64,000 nucleotides of DNA from Chiloscyllium plagiosum (taxonomy: Eukaryota): NCBI RefSeq assembly GCF_004010195.1, contig NC_057718.1, positions 78,480,935 to 78,544,934 on the forward strand. The letters run 5' to 3'. Positions 26,501 through 38,117 of the stretch are shown here, one piece after another (position 1 is the stretch's first letter; each line of letters begins with the position of its first letter). A model generated the notes under the pieces. It was not told the DNA's origin. It saw only the letters and a program-made list of their open reading frames with translations, and ran no database searches. Made by a program: the position numbers and the translations under genes.

Positions 26501-29500
26501 TGTGGCATGAATTGGTTTGTCCTGACATTCTCCCTGCATCTCATGTCCAAACCTTAAATCACTTTTCCATAGTCCTTTGACCAACAGAGTCATACAACAC
26601 ACAAACAGACCCTTTGATCTAGCCAGTCCATAATCCCAAACTAAACTAGGCCCACCTTCCTGCTCCTGGCCCATATCCTTCCAAATCTTTCCCCTTCATG
26701 TACTTACCTAAGCGTCTGTTAAACATTGTAACTGTGCCTGCAACCATTACTTCCTCAGAAAGTTCATTCCATGTCTTAAATCTTTTCATTTCTAACAAAG
26801 GAGCATCAAAATTAAATGCGAATGAATTATTTCTTTCTCAGTGTCGCCTGACACATAAAGATATTTAGCATTTCTATCAATCCAACAGGAGCCAGGGTTC
26901 TGCCTTCTCATCCCACTCCCACTTCTGGTGTCTCCCAAGAATCTCTCCTGGGTCTCACTCGATTTTTCATCTACATGCAGCCGAACAGTGACATCATTTT
27001 AAAAACAATGTCAGATTCCACAGCTATGCTGGCGATAGCCACTAACACCGCCATCAATCACTCTACTACCTTTGATTTGTTATGATGTTTGTCCATCGAG
27101 TAGTAAGTTACAAAAATTTGCTGTAATTAAATGTCAGGCAGACAAAATGAATTGTCCCAACTACAAACTCCATTCTCCAATCACCAATTTCATTCCTTTC
27201 CCTTAACAACTGAGACTATAAGAAGACCAATTAAAAACACGGTGAGCTACAGCACCCTGAACAAGGAGACTCAGTATTAGAATAAATCGGACCAGTCAGG
27301 ATAGAGATAGGAAGATATTTCTTCACTGAGAGGGTGGACTATCTTTGGAATTTTCTATCTCAGAGGACTATGAAAGTCGAGGTAGTTGAAGAAAATTGAT
27401 AGATTTCTAGATAGGACAACATCAAGGATTGTGCAGATAGTATGAGAAAATGCCTTTGAAGTAGGTGATCAGGCATGATCTGTAATGGCAGAGCAAGCCT
27501 GAGGGGTTCAATGACCTACTCTTCCTATGTTCCTAAAATTAACTTTGGATTTCCTATCCTCTGCCTACTTCTACCTATCGAACACAGCCTGTCTCCACTC
27601 TGTACCAACTCATCAGTTGTTGGAAACTTCAGTCAGGCCATGGATACCATAAGACTTGACTATTCCAATGTATCCCTTTGCTGGCCTTCCACTTATCCTC
27701 TGTAAACTAACGATTATCCAAAACTCTGTTACATTTTCTAACTAGCTGCTGACCTACCTTGTCTGCTAGTCTAGACATAAATTTTTAGAATTGGCATCCT
27801 TGGTTTCAAATTGCTCCATGACCAGGTCCCTTCCAATCTCTGTAACCCCCTTCAACCACCAAAGATCCCTGCATTTCTCCAATTCTGGCTTCTTGTACCC
27901 CCCTCCCAGCAATCATCACTCCACCTTGGTGATAATACTTTCAGCTTCCAAGGCCATTAAAACTTGAATTCCCTTATTTAACATCCATACAGCTGTACAT
28001 ACCTCCTCCTCTTTTCAAATGATCCTTGCGAAGTTGACTTCTTTGACCAAGTTTTAGTCAGCTGTAGTATCTCATGTCTCTTCGGTATATTAACTCGAAT
28101 TTTATTTCGTCAAAATCTCTATGAAGCACCTTGGAATATTATATTATGTTAAAGGCACTGCACAGGTTCAAGTTGGTGTTCAATAGAATGGGCTGTGCAA
28201 AGTTTGTGGTAATGATTATTTACCAAGTGACAAGTAATTGATAAAACAAGAGAAGCAAAGAATGTAAATTTAGTGAACTATCACAACATAAGCGAGCTCA
28301 ATTTAAAGGAACAAAAATAGAAATTGCTGGAAAACCTCAGCAGGCCTGGATTGTCTGTGGAGAACAAACAGAGTCAATGTCTTGGGTCCAGTGACCCTTC
28401 TTCAGAACTGATTGTAATTACGAAAAGATGGTGATGAAGACTGAAGGTGGAGAGGAATGGGGGGGTGGGGAGAATGGCGGGAGGGGATGGGGGAAGGAAT
28501 AAACAGTGAGAAGCAGCTGGAATTATAAGACAGCCTAATCATGCAGTACCATTTTTAATTGCCACGGGCAGTTCTCCTGGGTATTTTTCTGGAGCAGTCT
28601 CAATGGATTGCCAAATTTATTGAATTAAATTTCAGGACCGATCACATTGGGAAATGATCTCTTGGCCTTTGCTAGTCTAGATCAGTTAATGCTCACCAGA
28701 ATAAAGAAACCTAAATTAAAAACAGAAGCTGCTTGAAACTCTCAGGTCTGGCAACATCTGTGAAGAGTAAACAGAGTTAATGTTTCAGGTCCCGTGACTG
28801 TTCCTCACAACCATTGCTCAGTTCTGAACTTTAATTTTGATTTCTCTTCGCAGATGTTGCCAGACCTGCTGAGCTTTTCCAGCAACTTCTGTTTTTGTTT
28901 CTGATTTATAGCATCCACAGTAATTTCAGTTTTTAAGGGCACGGTGGCACAGTGGTTAGCACTGCTGCCTCGCAGCGCCAGAGACCCGGGTTCAATTCCC
29001 ACCTCAGGCGACTGACTGTGTGGAGTTTGCACGTTCTCCCCGTGTCTGCGTGGGTTTCCTCTGGGTGNNNNNNNNNNNNNNNNNNNNNNNNNNNNNNNNN
29101 NNTAATCTAATCTAATCTAATCTAAACTCACTTAATCTTTGTGAGGAAGTCACAAAGTGATGAAATTACTTCTCAAGACCGAGCAGTTCTATATTAGTCA
29201 TAAACAAAACTATTTTTTCTGCAAACACACATTCCTCACTTCTGTTTCATGATTCAGTGATATGAAAAACTAAACAGTCTGAAAATGTGTTTTCCTAACG
29301 TGCATCAGAAAGAATTATATTCCCGAGTGAATGTTTTACAAATTTAATTTAAACTAAATCATTTGTCTAGTTGCAAATAAATCTTTTACTGTTCTGTCCA
29401 TTCATTGCCAGGGGTGCTTGGTTTGATTGTTGGTGGCCTAGTGTTGCTCTTGCCTGAAACAAAGGGCATGACTTTACCAGACACCGTTGAAGATGTGGAG

Positions 29501-32500
29501 AATCTCAGACGGTAAGCAAACAGTGACAGAAGCACTTACCCATTGATGTGCTCTTGCCATTAACCTTACTCCACATTGTGCGCGCACTGGCAAAATTTCC
29601 TATCTCTGGCAATGCTACATCACTGCCAAGAGACCAATCACAAGGTCTATCAAGCTTGGATGCTCAATGATTGGAAGGTGGCAGGTCCTCAGTGCTGTTG
29701 GTGCAGTTCTCCCTCCCTGCCGCCCAACCAAGTCGAAACATTATTTCTCTCACTGCTACTCTGTGAGCTTTGCTACAGCTCCCAGCCTTAGTCTCTCCTT
29801 CTGACCTTGGCTGCAGCTCCCAGCCTTTGTCCCCACTCATGGTCTTTGCCACAGCTTCTGGAATTTTGACCTCATCTGCTCATGCATTACCAATGTGTTA
29901 TTATTATACATGAAACATAGTGATGTCAGCTGTGTATGCACTAATCTGTTCTGGTCTAGTGATGTTTGCCATCAGTAACTGATGAAAATAGGTCAATTTT
30001 CACATGTGGCCAGTCTGACTGTCATGTTTGTGGTAATCACTCTGAAAATAAAGAAAGGAAAGCTCTGCTGTAAGTTGGTGGGCAGATAGATTAACTGACA
30101 AAAGGTTTCATGTGACAAGTACGGAAATAAGAGACGTGTCCTGATAAATTGTGAACTGCAGATTGATTAGACAGACAGACAGAAGGAAGGAAGGAAGGCA
30201 GGCAGGCAGAGAAAAAAAAAGTCAAATCAGCAAACAAAAAAAAATCCAACAGGGCAGAGGTTTCAAATCAAAATTGTTGAAATAAGAATTGAGTTTGGAA
30301 AGCTGTAACATGCCTACTTTAAAAGTAAGATGTGGTCACTGTTCTTCAGGCTGACAGTGGGCTTGACTGGAACTCTGGAGGAGGATGAGAACAGAATGTT
30401 AGAATGTGAAAAAAGTTGAAGATTAAAATGAAAAGCGACAAGAGGTTCAGGGTCATTTCTGTGGACAGAACAGAGGTGTTCCACAAAGTTGTCATCTAGT
30501 AGTGGAGACCACATTGTGGGGAGTGAATATTAGATACTTAATTGAAAGAAGTACAAATAAATGGTTGCTTTGCCTTGGAGGAATATTTGGGAGTGCTTCT
30601 CCTAGACTTGTACAATGCATAGACATAGGAATAGGAGCAGACCATTCAGCCTGTTGAGCCTGCTCTGCCATTCAATTAGATCACGTCTGATCGTGCATTT
30701 TAATACCAACTTCTCCACACTATCTCCCTATCCTTTGTGTCATTAGATCCTGCAGAAGGTTAGGGTTAGCCTAATCTAGCCAAACTGTATTGATTTCAGT
30801 CTTGCAAATGCTCAATGACTGAACATCATACCCACCCACACCTCCCCCACCACCCAGCCTGATCCCTCCCCTCCCCCCCCAACACCCAGGTAGAGTATCC
30901 CAAAGAATCTCACCTGTCTGAGAGAATAAATTCCTTCTTCTACAAGTAATATCCTCAAACAGAAACTCTAAAGAGCTTGCCAAAAATGATTTCCTGTTCA
31001 TAAATCCATGTCTCTGCCTAACTTTACCATTCTTTTCTAAAACAGCTGAAATTATTGGGCACAATATTGTTGGTCTCACAGATGTGGCTCCAAGAGATCA
31101 GGACTGGGAACTAAGTATCCCAAAGAGATGTATCCTAATGAAAGGATAAGCAATGGGCATAGCGGCTGGGGTAGGATTACCTTGCTAGTAAAAAAAAACA
31201 AAATTGACAATAAGAGTGATATAGAGTTGGAAGGTGTAGAATCAGTATGGGTAGAGTCGAAGAACCGTAAAGGAAGGAAAATAACCCGAAAGGAGTTATG
31301 TACAGGTCTTCAAAAAGTAGTCAGGATGTGGGGCAGAAAATAAATTGTGAAATGGAAAAGGCTTGTAAGAAAGGCACTGTTACAATAATCAAAGGGGACT
31401 TCAAAACGCAGGAGGACTGGGAAGATCAGGTTGGTAGTAGATTTCAAGAAGAAGGATTTGTAGTATGTCTACGAGATGTTCTTTTTAGGAGCAGCTTGTT
31501 GCAGAGCCAGATTGGTGTCAGGCAGTTCAGGATTTAGTGATCTCTAACAGGGCAGACTCGATTGCCTTGTAAACCACTTATAGTTGAGATCCACCTTTAG
31601 AAAATTGTCCAAAATGAGTTTACAAGCATTGCCAATTGTAACTTTGAAATTGAATATTAAAACAAGTTATTTATTCTGTTGGGAAGCAGAACCCCAATGT
31701 AAATTTTTATTTTGAAGAACGATAGCTATTTCTTTTAAAAATAATGCTTTTGACTCATTATTTTGGACAAGAAAGCTGTTTGAACCACCAAAACATAGGA
31801 TATGAAATCGCTTACTTAAAGAGACAATGTTAATCATTTCAACTCAATTATTCTGAAGATCATTTCTATGTGGAATATTTCTAGTGTGTTGATCCAGGTA
31901 TTGAAATGCCTAACGCCACATTAAGCAGTGCATCAAGCACCACTGGTGAGTCCCTGATTTGAGTTTATAATGATGAAGAGTATGAATTGGCAGTGTTACA
32001 TATTGTACTCCTTGAAAAGAATGATGCAGTTGCCCAATATTGAAATTTTCCTGGCCATTTATGTCTGTGCAGGTTGTAAATAAAGTGTATTTGGAAAAAA
32101 AAATTGGGGCGATTGAGAGTTATAAGGTAGCCAGTAAGGATCTGAACAGAGAGCTAAGAGCAGCAAGGAGGGGACATGAAAAGTCCTTAGTTGGTAGGAT
32201 TAGGGAAAACCCAAAGGCTTTCTATAGGTATGTCAGGAATAAAAGAATGACTAGGGTAGGAATAGGTCCAGTCAAGGATAGTAGTGGGAAGTTGAGTGTG
32301 GAGGCTGAAGAGATTGGGGAGACACTGAATGAATACTTTTCGTCAGTATTCACTCAGGAACAGGATATTGTTGCCGATGTGAATACTGAGTCACAATTAA
32401 TTAGAATAGACGGCTTTGAGGTATGTAGGGAAGAGTTGTTGGAAATTCTGGAAAGGGTGAAAATAGGTAAGTCCCCTTGGCCTGATGGCATTTATCCTAA

Positions 32501-35500
32501 AATTCTCTGGGAAGCAAGGGAGGAGATTGCAGAGCCATTGGCCTTGATTTTTATGTCCTCGTTGTCTACAGGAGTAGTGCCAGAAGATTGGAGGATAGCA
32601 AATGTGGTTCCCTTGTTCAAGAAGGGGAGTAGGGATAACCCTAGTAACTATAGGCCGGTGAGTCTCACTTCTGTTGTGGGCAAAGTCTTAGAGAGAATTG
32701 TAAGGGATAGGATTTATGAACATCTGGATAGGAATAATGTGATCAAGGATAGTCAGCATGGTTTTGTGAAGGGCAGGTCGTGCCTCACAAACCTTATTGA
32801 ATTCTTTGAAAAGGTGACAAAGGAGGTTGATGAGGGGAAAGCGGTAGATGTGGTATATATGGATTTTAGTAAGGCGTTCGATAAGGTTCCCCATGGTAGG
32901 CTACTGCAGAAAATACGGAGATATGGCATTGAGGATGAGTTGGAGGTTTGGATTAGGAATTGGCTGGATGGAAGAAGACAGAGGGTAGTAGTTGATGGCA
33001 AAGTTTCTTCATGGAGTGCCGTCACTAGCGGTGTTCCGCAAGGATCTGTTTTGGGACCATTGCTGTTTGTCATTTTTATAAATGACCTGGAAGAGGGGTT
33101 AGAAGGTTGGGTGAGCAAGTTTGCGGATGATACGAAAGTCAGAGGAGTTGTTGACAGTGAGGAAGGATCTGGCAGGTTACAGCAGGATATAGAGAAGCTG
33201 CAGAGCTGGGCAGAAAGGTGGCAAATGGAATACAATGTAGCTAAGTGTGAGGTGACTCACTTTGGGAAGAATAACAAAAAGATGGGGTACTGGGCTAATG
33301 GTCGGATACTTGGTAGTGTGGATGAGCAGAGGGATCTTGGTGTCCATGTACACAGACCTCTGAAAGTTGCCACCCAGGTAAACAGTGCGGTGAGGAAGGC
33401 ATATGGCGTACAGGCTTTTATTGGTANNNNNNNNNNNNNNNNNNNNNNNNNNNNNNNNNNNNNNNNNNNNNNNNNNNNNNNNNNNNNNNNNNNNNNNNNN
33501 NNNNNNNNNNNNNNNNNNNNNNNNNNNNNNNNNNNNNNNNNNNNNNNNNNNNNNNNNNNNNNNNNNNNNNNNNNNNNNNNNNNNNNNNNNNNNNNNNNNN
33601 TTCTTTACTCAGTGAGTCGTGAGTTCATGGAATGCCCTGCCAGTAACAGTGGTGGACATTCCCTCTTTATGGGCATTTAAGCGGGCATTGGATAGGCATA
33701 TGGAGGATAGTGGGCTAGTGTAGGTTAGGTGGGCTTGGATCGGTGCAACATCGAGGGCCAAAGGGCCTGTACTGCGCTGTATTTTTCTATGTTCTATGAT
33801 TAAGGAGCTTAAGGTGAAGGAACACCAAGGGAATAGTTACCATAAGGTGATGGAATTCATTCTGCAGTTTGAAAGGGGAAAGCCGGAATCGGATATAACA
33901 GCATTACAATTGAATAAAGGTAACTACAAAGACATGAGGGAGGTGCTGGCCAGAATGAATTGGAAGGTGAGCCTAGCAGGAGTGAAACAGGAATGGTTGG
34001 GATTTCTGGGAGTGTTCCAGCAGGTTTGGCAGAAATTCATCCCAAGGAAGAAGAAATGTACTGAGGAGCATGGGGCAACCATGGCTGAAAAGGGAATTCA
34101 GGGAGAGTTTAATAGCAAAAGATGAAGCATACAATATGGAGAAGATTAGTGGGAAGGCAGAGGATTGGGAAGCCTTTAAAAACCAGAGGATAACACAAAA
34201 AAAGGGGAGAGGAAGATGGAATATGGGAGTAAACCAGCTGGTAATAAAAGACTGCAATTTTTTTTAGATCTGTGAAAGGTAAGGGAGCAGTAAGAGTGGA
34301 CATTGGACCGCTGGAAAGAAGGCTGGAGAAGCAGTAATGGGGAGCAAAGACATGGGGAGAAACTGAATAGGTACTTTGCATCAGTTTTCAGAGTGGAAGA
34401 AATCAGCAGTGCACCAGAACTTCAAAAGAGTCAGGGAGTAGAGGCGAGTGTATTGGCCCATCACTGAGGTGCTGCTGGGGAAGCTGAAAGTGGATAAATC
34501 AGATGAACCATACCCCAGAGTTCTGAAGGATAGCAGAGGAGATTGTGGTGGTGTTGGTGATAATCGTTCAGGAATCACTGGTGTCAGGGAAAAATTGCTA
34601 ATGTAACACCCCTTTTTAAGAAGGGAGGGAGGCGGAAGATAGCAATCTATAAGCTGATTATTGTTGTGGGTCTGGAGTCACATGTAGGCCAGTAGAAATG
34701 GCAGTTTCCTCCCCCAAAGGATACTAATGAGCCAGATGAGTTTTTCCCACAATTCTCAATAGTTTTATGATCATTAGACTCCTAATTTCAGATATTTGTT
34801 GAATTCAATTTCAACCATCTGCCATGGCAGGATTCATACCTGTGTCCCCTGAACATTACCAGGGTCTCTGGATTAATAGTTTGGTGATAATACCACTGTG
34901 CCATCACTTCCCCTTAACTCAGGGTAAGCACTCTCGAAGGGGCATCTGATTGAAACTTACAGGATACCAAAAGGCTTGAATTGAGTGCACATGAACACAA
35001 TGTTTCCACTAATACCACAGATGAGGACCAAAGGCACAGAGTGAAGTAATGACCCTTTAGAACTAAGATAAGGAATAATTTCTTCAGCTAGCAGGTGGTG
35101 AATCTGTGGAATTCGTTGCCACAGAAGGTTTTTAAGGCTATGTCATTGTATTATTTGCACAGGGAGATAGGTTCCAGATTAGTAAGGACACCAAGGTTTA
35201 TGGGGGGGGGGGGAAGGAAGGAGAATAGGGTTGAGAAATATATTAGACATGACTTGAAGAATCGAATGGCCTAATTCTGCTTCAGTATATTATGGTCCAG
35301 TTATCACATCCTTTATTATAGATTCTAACATTTTTCAACAACTATGGAAAGGTGAGGGATATTGAGAGTGATTGAACAGTGGACTAGAGTATAGAGGAGA
35401 GAGTGGTCCTGTCACGATGCTGCAAGGTGAGTGGAAAACGTATTTGGTGGTTACTTCATGCTGGAGATGTGGAAATGGTGTAAGATCATATGTTAAACAG

Positions 35501-38117
35501 GGAGGCAAATGGACAAGGAAGGAAGGTTAAGTGGATCCCTATCATGTGTAAAATGGAATACAGTCAAGGTTCCTGGTTACTACAATTAAAGGAGACCTTG
35601 TGTTAAGGAAAAAGGAGTACATTTCAGGAGTAGTATTAAAGGAAATTGTATCCTTTAAACTGAGCTGTACAGAAGAGATTTCCAAACAAGATTAGACTGC
35701 AATTTGTATAGCTTCATCTGGAGATATACCACTGATCACTCATTGAATGGATGTAATAGGGTCAAAAGGTTGACAGGCCTATTCAGTTCATATATTGCTC
35801 TGAGGAGATATTAACATGGATGCCAACAATTTTGTTAAAAATAGACTTTAATGGAGGCATGAGATGTAGTGAGTTGAGAAGTTTATGGAGGGAATTCCAG
35901 AGATTGGATTCTAGGCAGCCCAAGGTAGCATTAAATTTACCAAATTGCAGTTACGTTGGAAGTCAGGTGCAGAAGGAAGGCTATTGAGAGATTTAAAAAC
36001 AAGGATGGAAATGTTCAAATTGATGAGTGAATTAACTGGAGAACAATGTAGATCTGAGACATGCAGTGAGTTATCATGAAAGCTGCAAAAATTAGTTTGA
36101 ACTGACATTTATGAAGGGTACAAATGAAAGATGGGGCCAGAAAAGCATGTTTTTGGAGGACTAGATGATGGCAGCCAAATTATAGGTGAAGAGTTAGAAC
36201 ATGGGAACAGTGGACCATTAATGATATGGGCTAACAAGTCAGAAAGCGAAGTTGGATAATCAATAGTACTTGTTTATGACTTGGGCAAGAGGTTTCCAGA
36301 GCAAAGAAATCAGAAGTAGGTTGTGAGACCAGTAAAAGCAATTCAGAAAAGTGATCAAAGATTGCCTTATCTGTGATTGATCCTGTATTAACTGAGAGGT
36401 GATGTGAGAAACCAAGATCAGGACATTAGCAATGAATATGGATAGGCAATTTCACATGGAGAGAGAGATTAAAGGACAGGATGGCGATGAACCCAAAAAT
36501 TGAAATCACTGAAGTTGAGAAGGTTTTCAGTGGAGAGTATAAAGGAGAAAAATAGTCAACCTATCTTAAGAACAAATGTGGCGTGGTACTTGGGTGGATG
36601 GTGACAAGCAACACACAAATGATTTGGTGATTACCATGTTGATTGCTGTGTGCAAATTGGCTGCCACATTTCAAAATTCTAATAGTGACTACACTTCCAA
36701 AATAAATCACTGTGAAGTGCTTTGAGTAATCAAAGGTCATGAAAGGCTGGGATATAAGGAGTGCTGCTAAATTTGTTATCTCACCCACAACCAAAATTGA
36801 GTGTATAACACATGATAACTATAGAAAAAATGAAGGTCTAATTTATACTAAAGCTGTCCTGACTATATGAAATTCAATATATCATGAGCTTTGTACTAAT
36901 TGTGATCATCTCTTCTGAGTATTCTTAAAACTATATTTTTGCCCCTAAGTGTTACACAATCTCAGGGTGTAAACACAGACAGAACAAGAATGGTTTTAGA
37001 CAACCAACTTTGATTTTTGCCAGATGAAAACTGAAAATCTCAGTGTTACTGAGATCCAGATCCCTGACTTGCAAGTCCAGTAAAACAACAATTACATAAC
37101 CATACTCTGCTCTTCAATTTCCCCCAAAGGAAGAGACACAGTTTTCTCTGCTTGTTTTTTGCCCCCTGACAGCCAGTGCAGTAGTGTGTTTAGATAGTTC
37201 TATGTTTATACACAAAGCAGCAATGAAGTGTGCTCAATATCAGCATACCTCCCGCAAAGCCCTGTTCTATGCATTGCTGGATATCTGGACCCTGTACATA
37301 ACCATATCCTGTGATACTGAATATCTTTTCAATGCCAATATAATTGAATCATAGAATCCCTACAGTGTGGAAACAGGCCATTTGACCTAGCAAGTCCACA
37401 CCAACCCTCCCATGAGTATCCACCCAGACCCATTCCCCTACCCTGTTACTTTACATTTCCCCGACTAATGCACTTTCCTCACACATTCTGGAACACCATA
37501 GTCAAACACCTAACCTGTTGTGGAGGGAAACCAGAGCATTCTGAGGAAACGCACGCAGACAAGGGGAGAATGTGCAAATTTTACACAGTCACTCTTGGCT
37601 GGAATTGAACTCGAGTCCCTGGCGCTGTGAGGCAGCAGCCTAGCTACTGGTTCCCCATTCTATCAGTATACAAAAGGGCCCTCTAAAAGGTATACCAGAG
37701 TTTGGAAGCTAACATGATAAGGTTAGGATTAGTAAATGTGTACCATCATTAATGGAAGATAACATTATAAAAACAAAGTAATTTAAAATCTTAGAGTGAG
37801 TCTTGTTGCACATGTAATGACGTCAGAAATACGGGACAACTGCAGCTTTTCAGACAGGTAAAGTATTAAAGAATACAGAGTAATGGTGAGAAAATGGCTA
37901 TTGAAGAGCAGACCAGGCCCAAGGGGCTGAATGGTTTTATTGAACACAATGTTTGTGTATCCTACATTGAGAATGTGTGTTGCAGATCACTGTATCATGA
38001 GTGAATTCTTTCTCTAGACCAAAGAAAAAGATTCTGAAGACTCACCATCAGCAGTCGGTGCTGTATTCCACAGATGTCAAGGATCCAGCTTCAGTGAAGA
38101 TGGTTGTTGAAGGATGA
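2439..38117 (+). CDS. SLC22 organic cation transporter (SLC22A2/SLC22A3-like), spliced CDS of exons 2-11, 5'-partial
   Basis: Ten exons of 104/155/169/115/101/215/109/113/100/100 nt with AG/GT ends and compatible phases give 1281 nt (426 aa + stop). Motifs: ADRFGRK, PESPRW, ELYPT, LPETKG and the OCT-type CDIGG. The exact paralog cannot be settled without a phylogeny or synteny. Confidence 0.93.
2632..2786 (+). CDS. SLC22 exon 3
   Basis: tgtag|G...TTCA|gtaag; [51 protein letters not shown]; 155 nt. Confidence 0.95.
3148..4420 (-). mobile_element. CR1 LINE fragment with a nested second CR1 3' end (about 4068-4285)
   Basis: ORF 3604..3909 has [16 protein letters not shown], typical of the CR1 ORF2 C-terminus; FADD-like sequence near 4020. 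Confidence 0.8.
4935..5103 (+). CDS. SLC22 exon 4
   Basis: ttcag|TT...TACTG|gtaac; [55 protein letters not shown](W); 169 nt. Confidence 0.95.
5188..5302 (+). CDS. SLC22 exon 5
   Basis: tgcag|G...TTGAG|gtgat; [38 protein letters not shown]; 115 nt. Confidence 0.95.
5315..5925 (-). mobile_element. CR1 (HER1-like) LINE 3' fragment
   Basis: ORF 5387..5773 [30 protein letters not shown]...WNKVPEEVV. Confidence 0.9.
6028..6280 (-). mobile_element. L2/CR1-group LINE 3' end; related copies at about 940-1090, 53830-54500 and 60290-60810
   Basis: Shared sequence caaaatcctggaattccctt...aagggcaa...aatgctggcc at several places; [13 protein letters not shown]. Confidence 0.65.
6380..8160 (+). mobile_element. 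Decayed Penelope-like element with an inverted 5' pseudo-LTR (6380-6510), interrupted by CR1
   Basis: [15 protein letters not shown] and [10 protein letters not shown], then a GIY-YIG remnant ([23 protein letters not shown]); 6380-6510 is an inverted copy of 8050-8155. Confidence 0.8.
6515..6980 (+). mobile_element. CR1 3' fragment nested in the Penelope element
   Basis: ORF 6548..6769 [11 protein letters not shown]...[12 protein letters not shown] followed by CR1 3'UTR. Confidence 0.85.
9066..9465 (-). mobile_element. Young CR1 3' fragment
   Basis: ORF 9195..9449 [18 protein letters not shown]...[14 protein letters not shown]. Confidence 0.9.
9575..9675 (+). CDS. SLC22 exon 6
   Basis: tatag|ATA...AACTG|gtgag; [33 protein letters not shown](W); 101 nt. 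Confidence 0.93.
10978..11525 (+). mobile_element. CR1 (HER1-like) 3' fragment
   Basis: ORF 10988..11395 [28 protein letters not shown]; ctatgact tail. Confidence 0.92.
12390..12726 (-). mobile_element. HE1/V-SINE-type tRNA-derived SINE, full length
   Basis: A box (tggcacagtgg), B box (ggttcaattcc), central domain, CR1-like tail and (TAATC)n end; very similar to 48780-49102. Confidence 0.92.
15250..16365 (+). mobile_element. CR1 LINE, decayed RT plus 3' end
   Basis: ORF 15356..15724 PQGSVLG...KFADDTK...WQMEFNLDK. Confidence 0.92.
17183..17397 (+). CDS. SLC22 exon 7
   Basis: tacag|G...GAAA|gtaagt; [71 protein letters not shown]; 215 nt. Confidence 0.96.
19668..19707 (-). ncRNA. Minimal type I hammerhead ribozyme motif
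   Basis: GCA-CTGATGA-tgtcgcctagccaggggac-GAAA-CGTT-TGC. Confidence 0.8.
19830..19869 (+). ncRNA. Minimal type I hammerhead ribozyme motif
   Basis: GCA-CTGATGA-tgtcacctagccaggggac-GAAA-CGTT-TGC. Confidence 0.8.
20211..20250 (-). ncRNA. Minimal type I hammerhead ribozyme motif
   Basis: GCA-CTGATGA-tgtcacctagacaggggac-GAAA-CGTT-TGC. Confidence 0.8.
21047..21086 (+). ncRNA. Minimal type I hammerhead ribozyme motif
   Basis: GCA-CTGATGA-tgtcgcctagccaggggac-GAAA-CGTT-TGC. Confidence 0.8.
22363..22402 (+). ncRNA. Decayed hammerhead motif, Penelope family A; inverse copy at 18218-18257
   Basis: CCA-CTGAAGA-tgttacttagtagggtaac-GAAA-CATC-TGG. Confidence 0.65.
22932..23040 (+). CDS. SLC22 exon 8
   Basis: ttcag|GT...ATAAG|gtgtg; [35 protein letters not shown](R); 109 nt. 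Confidence 0.95.
23259..23371 (+). CDS. SLC22 exon 9
   Basis: aacag|G...TTTAG|gtgag; [37 protein letters not shown]; 113 nt; contains the OCT cation-binding Asp (CD). Confidence 0.96.
24030..24460 (+). mobile_element. RTE-clade LINE 3' remnant, preceded by a CR1 remnant at about 23800-24030
   Basis: PKEVLYSKL...[25 protein letters not shown], followed by a C2H2-like tail ([18 protein letters not shown]), as in RTE/BovB ORF ends. Confidence 0.7.
24690..26400 (-). mobile_element. PIF/Harbinger transposon remnant: intron-containing Myb/SANT-like gene with stops
   Basis: Exon 26100-25861 [20 protein letters not shown]...PA*TQIL...[17 protein letters not shown]; exon 25596-25436 [32 protein letters not shown]. 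No TIRs identified; outer limits approximate. Confidence 0.7.
25074..25368 (-). mobile_element. HE1-type SINE inside the Harbinger remnant
   Basis: A and B boxes, central domain with an internal deletion between GGAGGAAACC repeats, CR1-like tail. Confidence 0.9.
26590..28170. mobile_element. Old LINE debris: CR1 3' end (-, about 26590-26780) and L2-like fragment (+) with a CR1 piece at about 27250-27535
   Basis: CR1 tail sequence; L2-like stretches (agacttgactattccaat, tatccaaaactctg, aattctggcttcttg). Confidence 0.55.
28705..28925. mobile_element. Inverted pair of short Penelope pseudo-LTRs; related solo copy at about 28305-28410
   Basis: aaaacagaagctgcttgaaactctcaggtctggcaacatctg is mirrored by cagatgttgccagacctgctgagcttttccagcaacttctgttttt. 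Confidence 0.7.
28937..29126 (+). mobile_element. HE1-type SINE interrupted by an N gap
   Basis: Intact tRNA-like head before the gap and (TAATC)n tail after it. Confidence 0.88.
29412..29511 (+). CDS. SLC22 exon 10
   Basis: gccag|GG...AGACG|gtaag; [32 protein letters not shown](R); 100 nt. Confidence 0.96.
32104..33797 (+). mobile_element. Young 5'-truncated CR1 with an uninterrupted RT domain; contains a gap
   Basis: ORF 32040..33680: [50 protein letters not shown]; (ttctatg)n tail. Confidence 0.96.
34662..34913 (-). mobile_element. tRNA-derived SINE, second family
   Basis: Reverse strand begins gggaagtgatggcacagtggtattatc (A box), then a degenerate B box and gaaattgaattcaac; interrupts the old CR1. 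Confidence 0.7.
37346..37655 (-). mobile_element. Older HE1-type SINE
   Basis: Same architecture as 12390-12726 but more diverged. Confidence 0.85.
38018..38117 (+). CDS. SLC22 exon 11, coding part with stop
   Basis: ttctttctctag|A gives the correct phase; (R)[32 protein letters not shown]. The RPKKK start resembles OCT C-tails, but this region is poorly conserved. Confidence 0.75.

Larger units (their letters stand above)
31040..35300 (+). mobile_element. Old CR1 (endonuclease to 3' end) split by later insertions
   Basis: VESVWVE...[11 protein letters not shown]...IIKGDF (APE domain); ...gcagactcGATT at 31563 resumes as GATTaaggagc at 33798. Confidence 0.8.

Noticed and set aside
28937..29010. 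tRNA genes at the SINE heads
   Set aside because: The A and B boxes run straight into the SINE body and CR1-like tail; no complete cloverleaf or terminator.
29560..30080. Possible second Harbinger-like remnant, also at about 11530-12010
   Set aside because: Only vague resemblance; no motif could be read with confidence.
32040..33680. 546 aa ORF as a host gene or active LINE
   Set aside because: It is CR1 ORF2 lacking the endonuclease and promoter; its first 21 or so codons come from the fused non-CR1 fragment.
37024..37083. Alternative last exon ([19 protein letters not shown]) after a ttttgccag acceptor
   Set aside because: Exon 10 ends in phase 2, which gives CGA-TGA here, an immediate stop. 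The 38018 exon fits the phase and is followed by a 3'UTR-like region. A minor isoform is not excluded.
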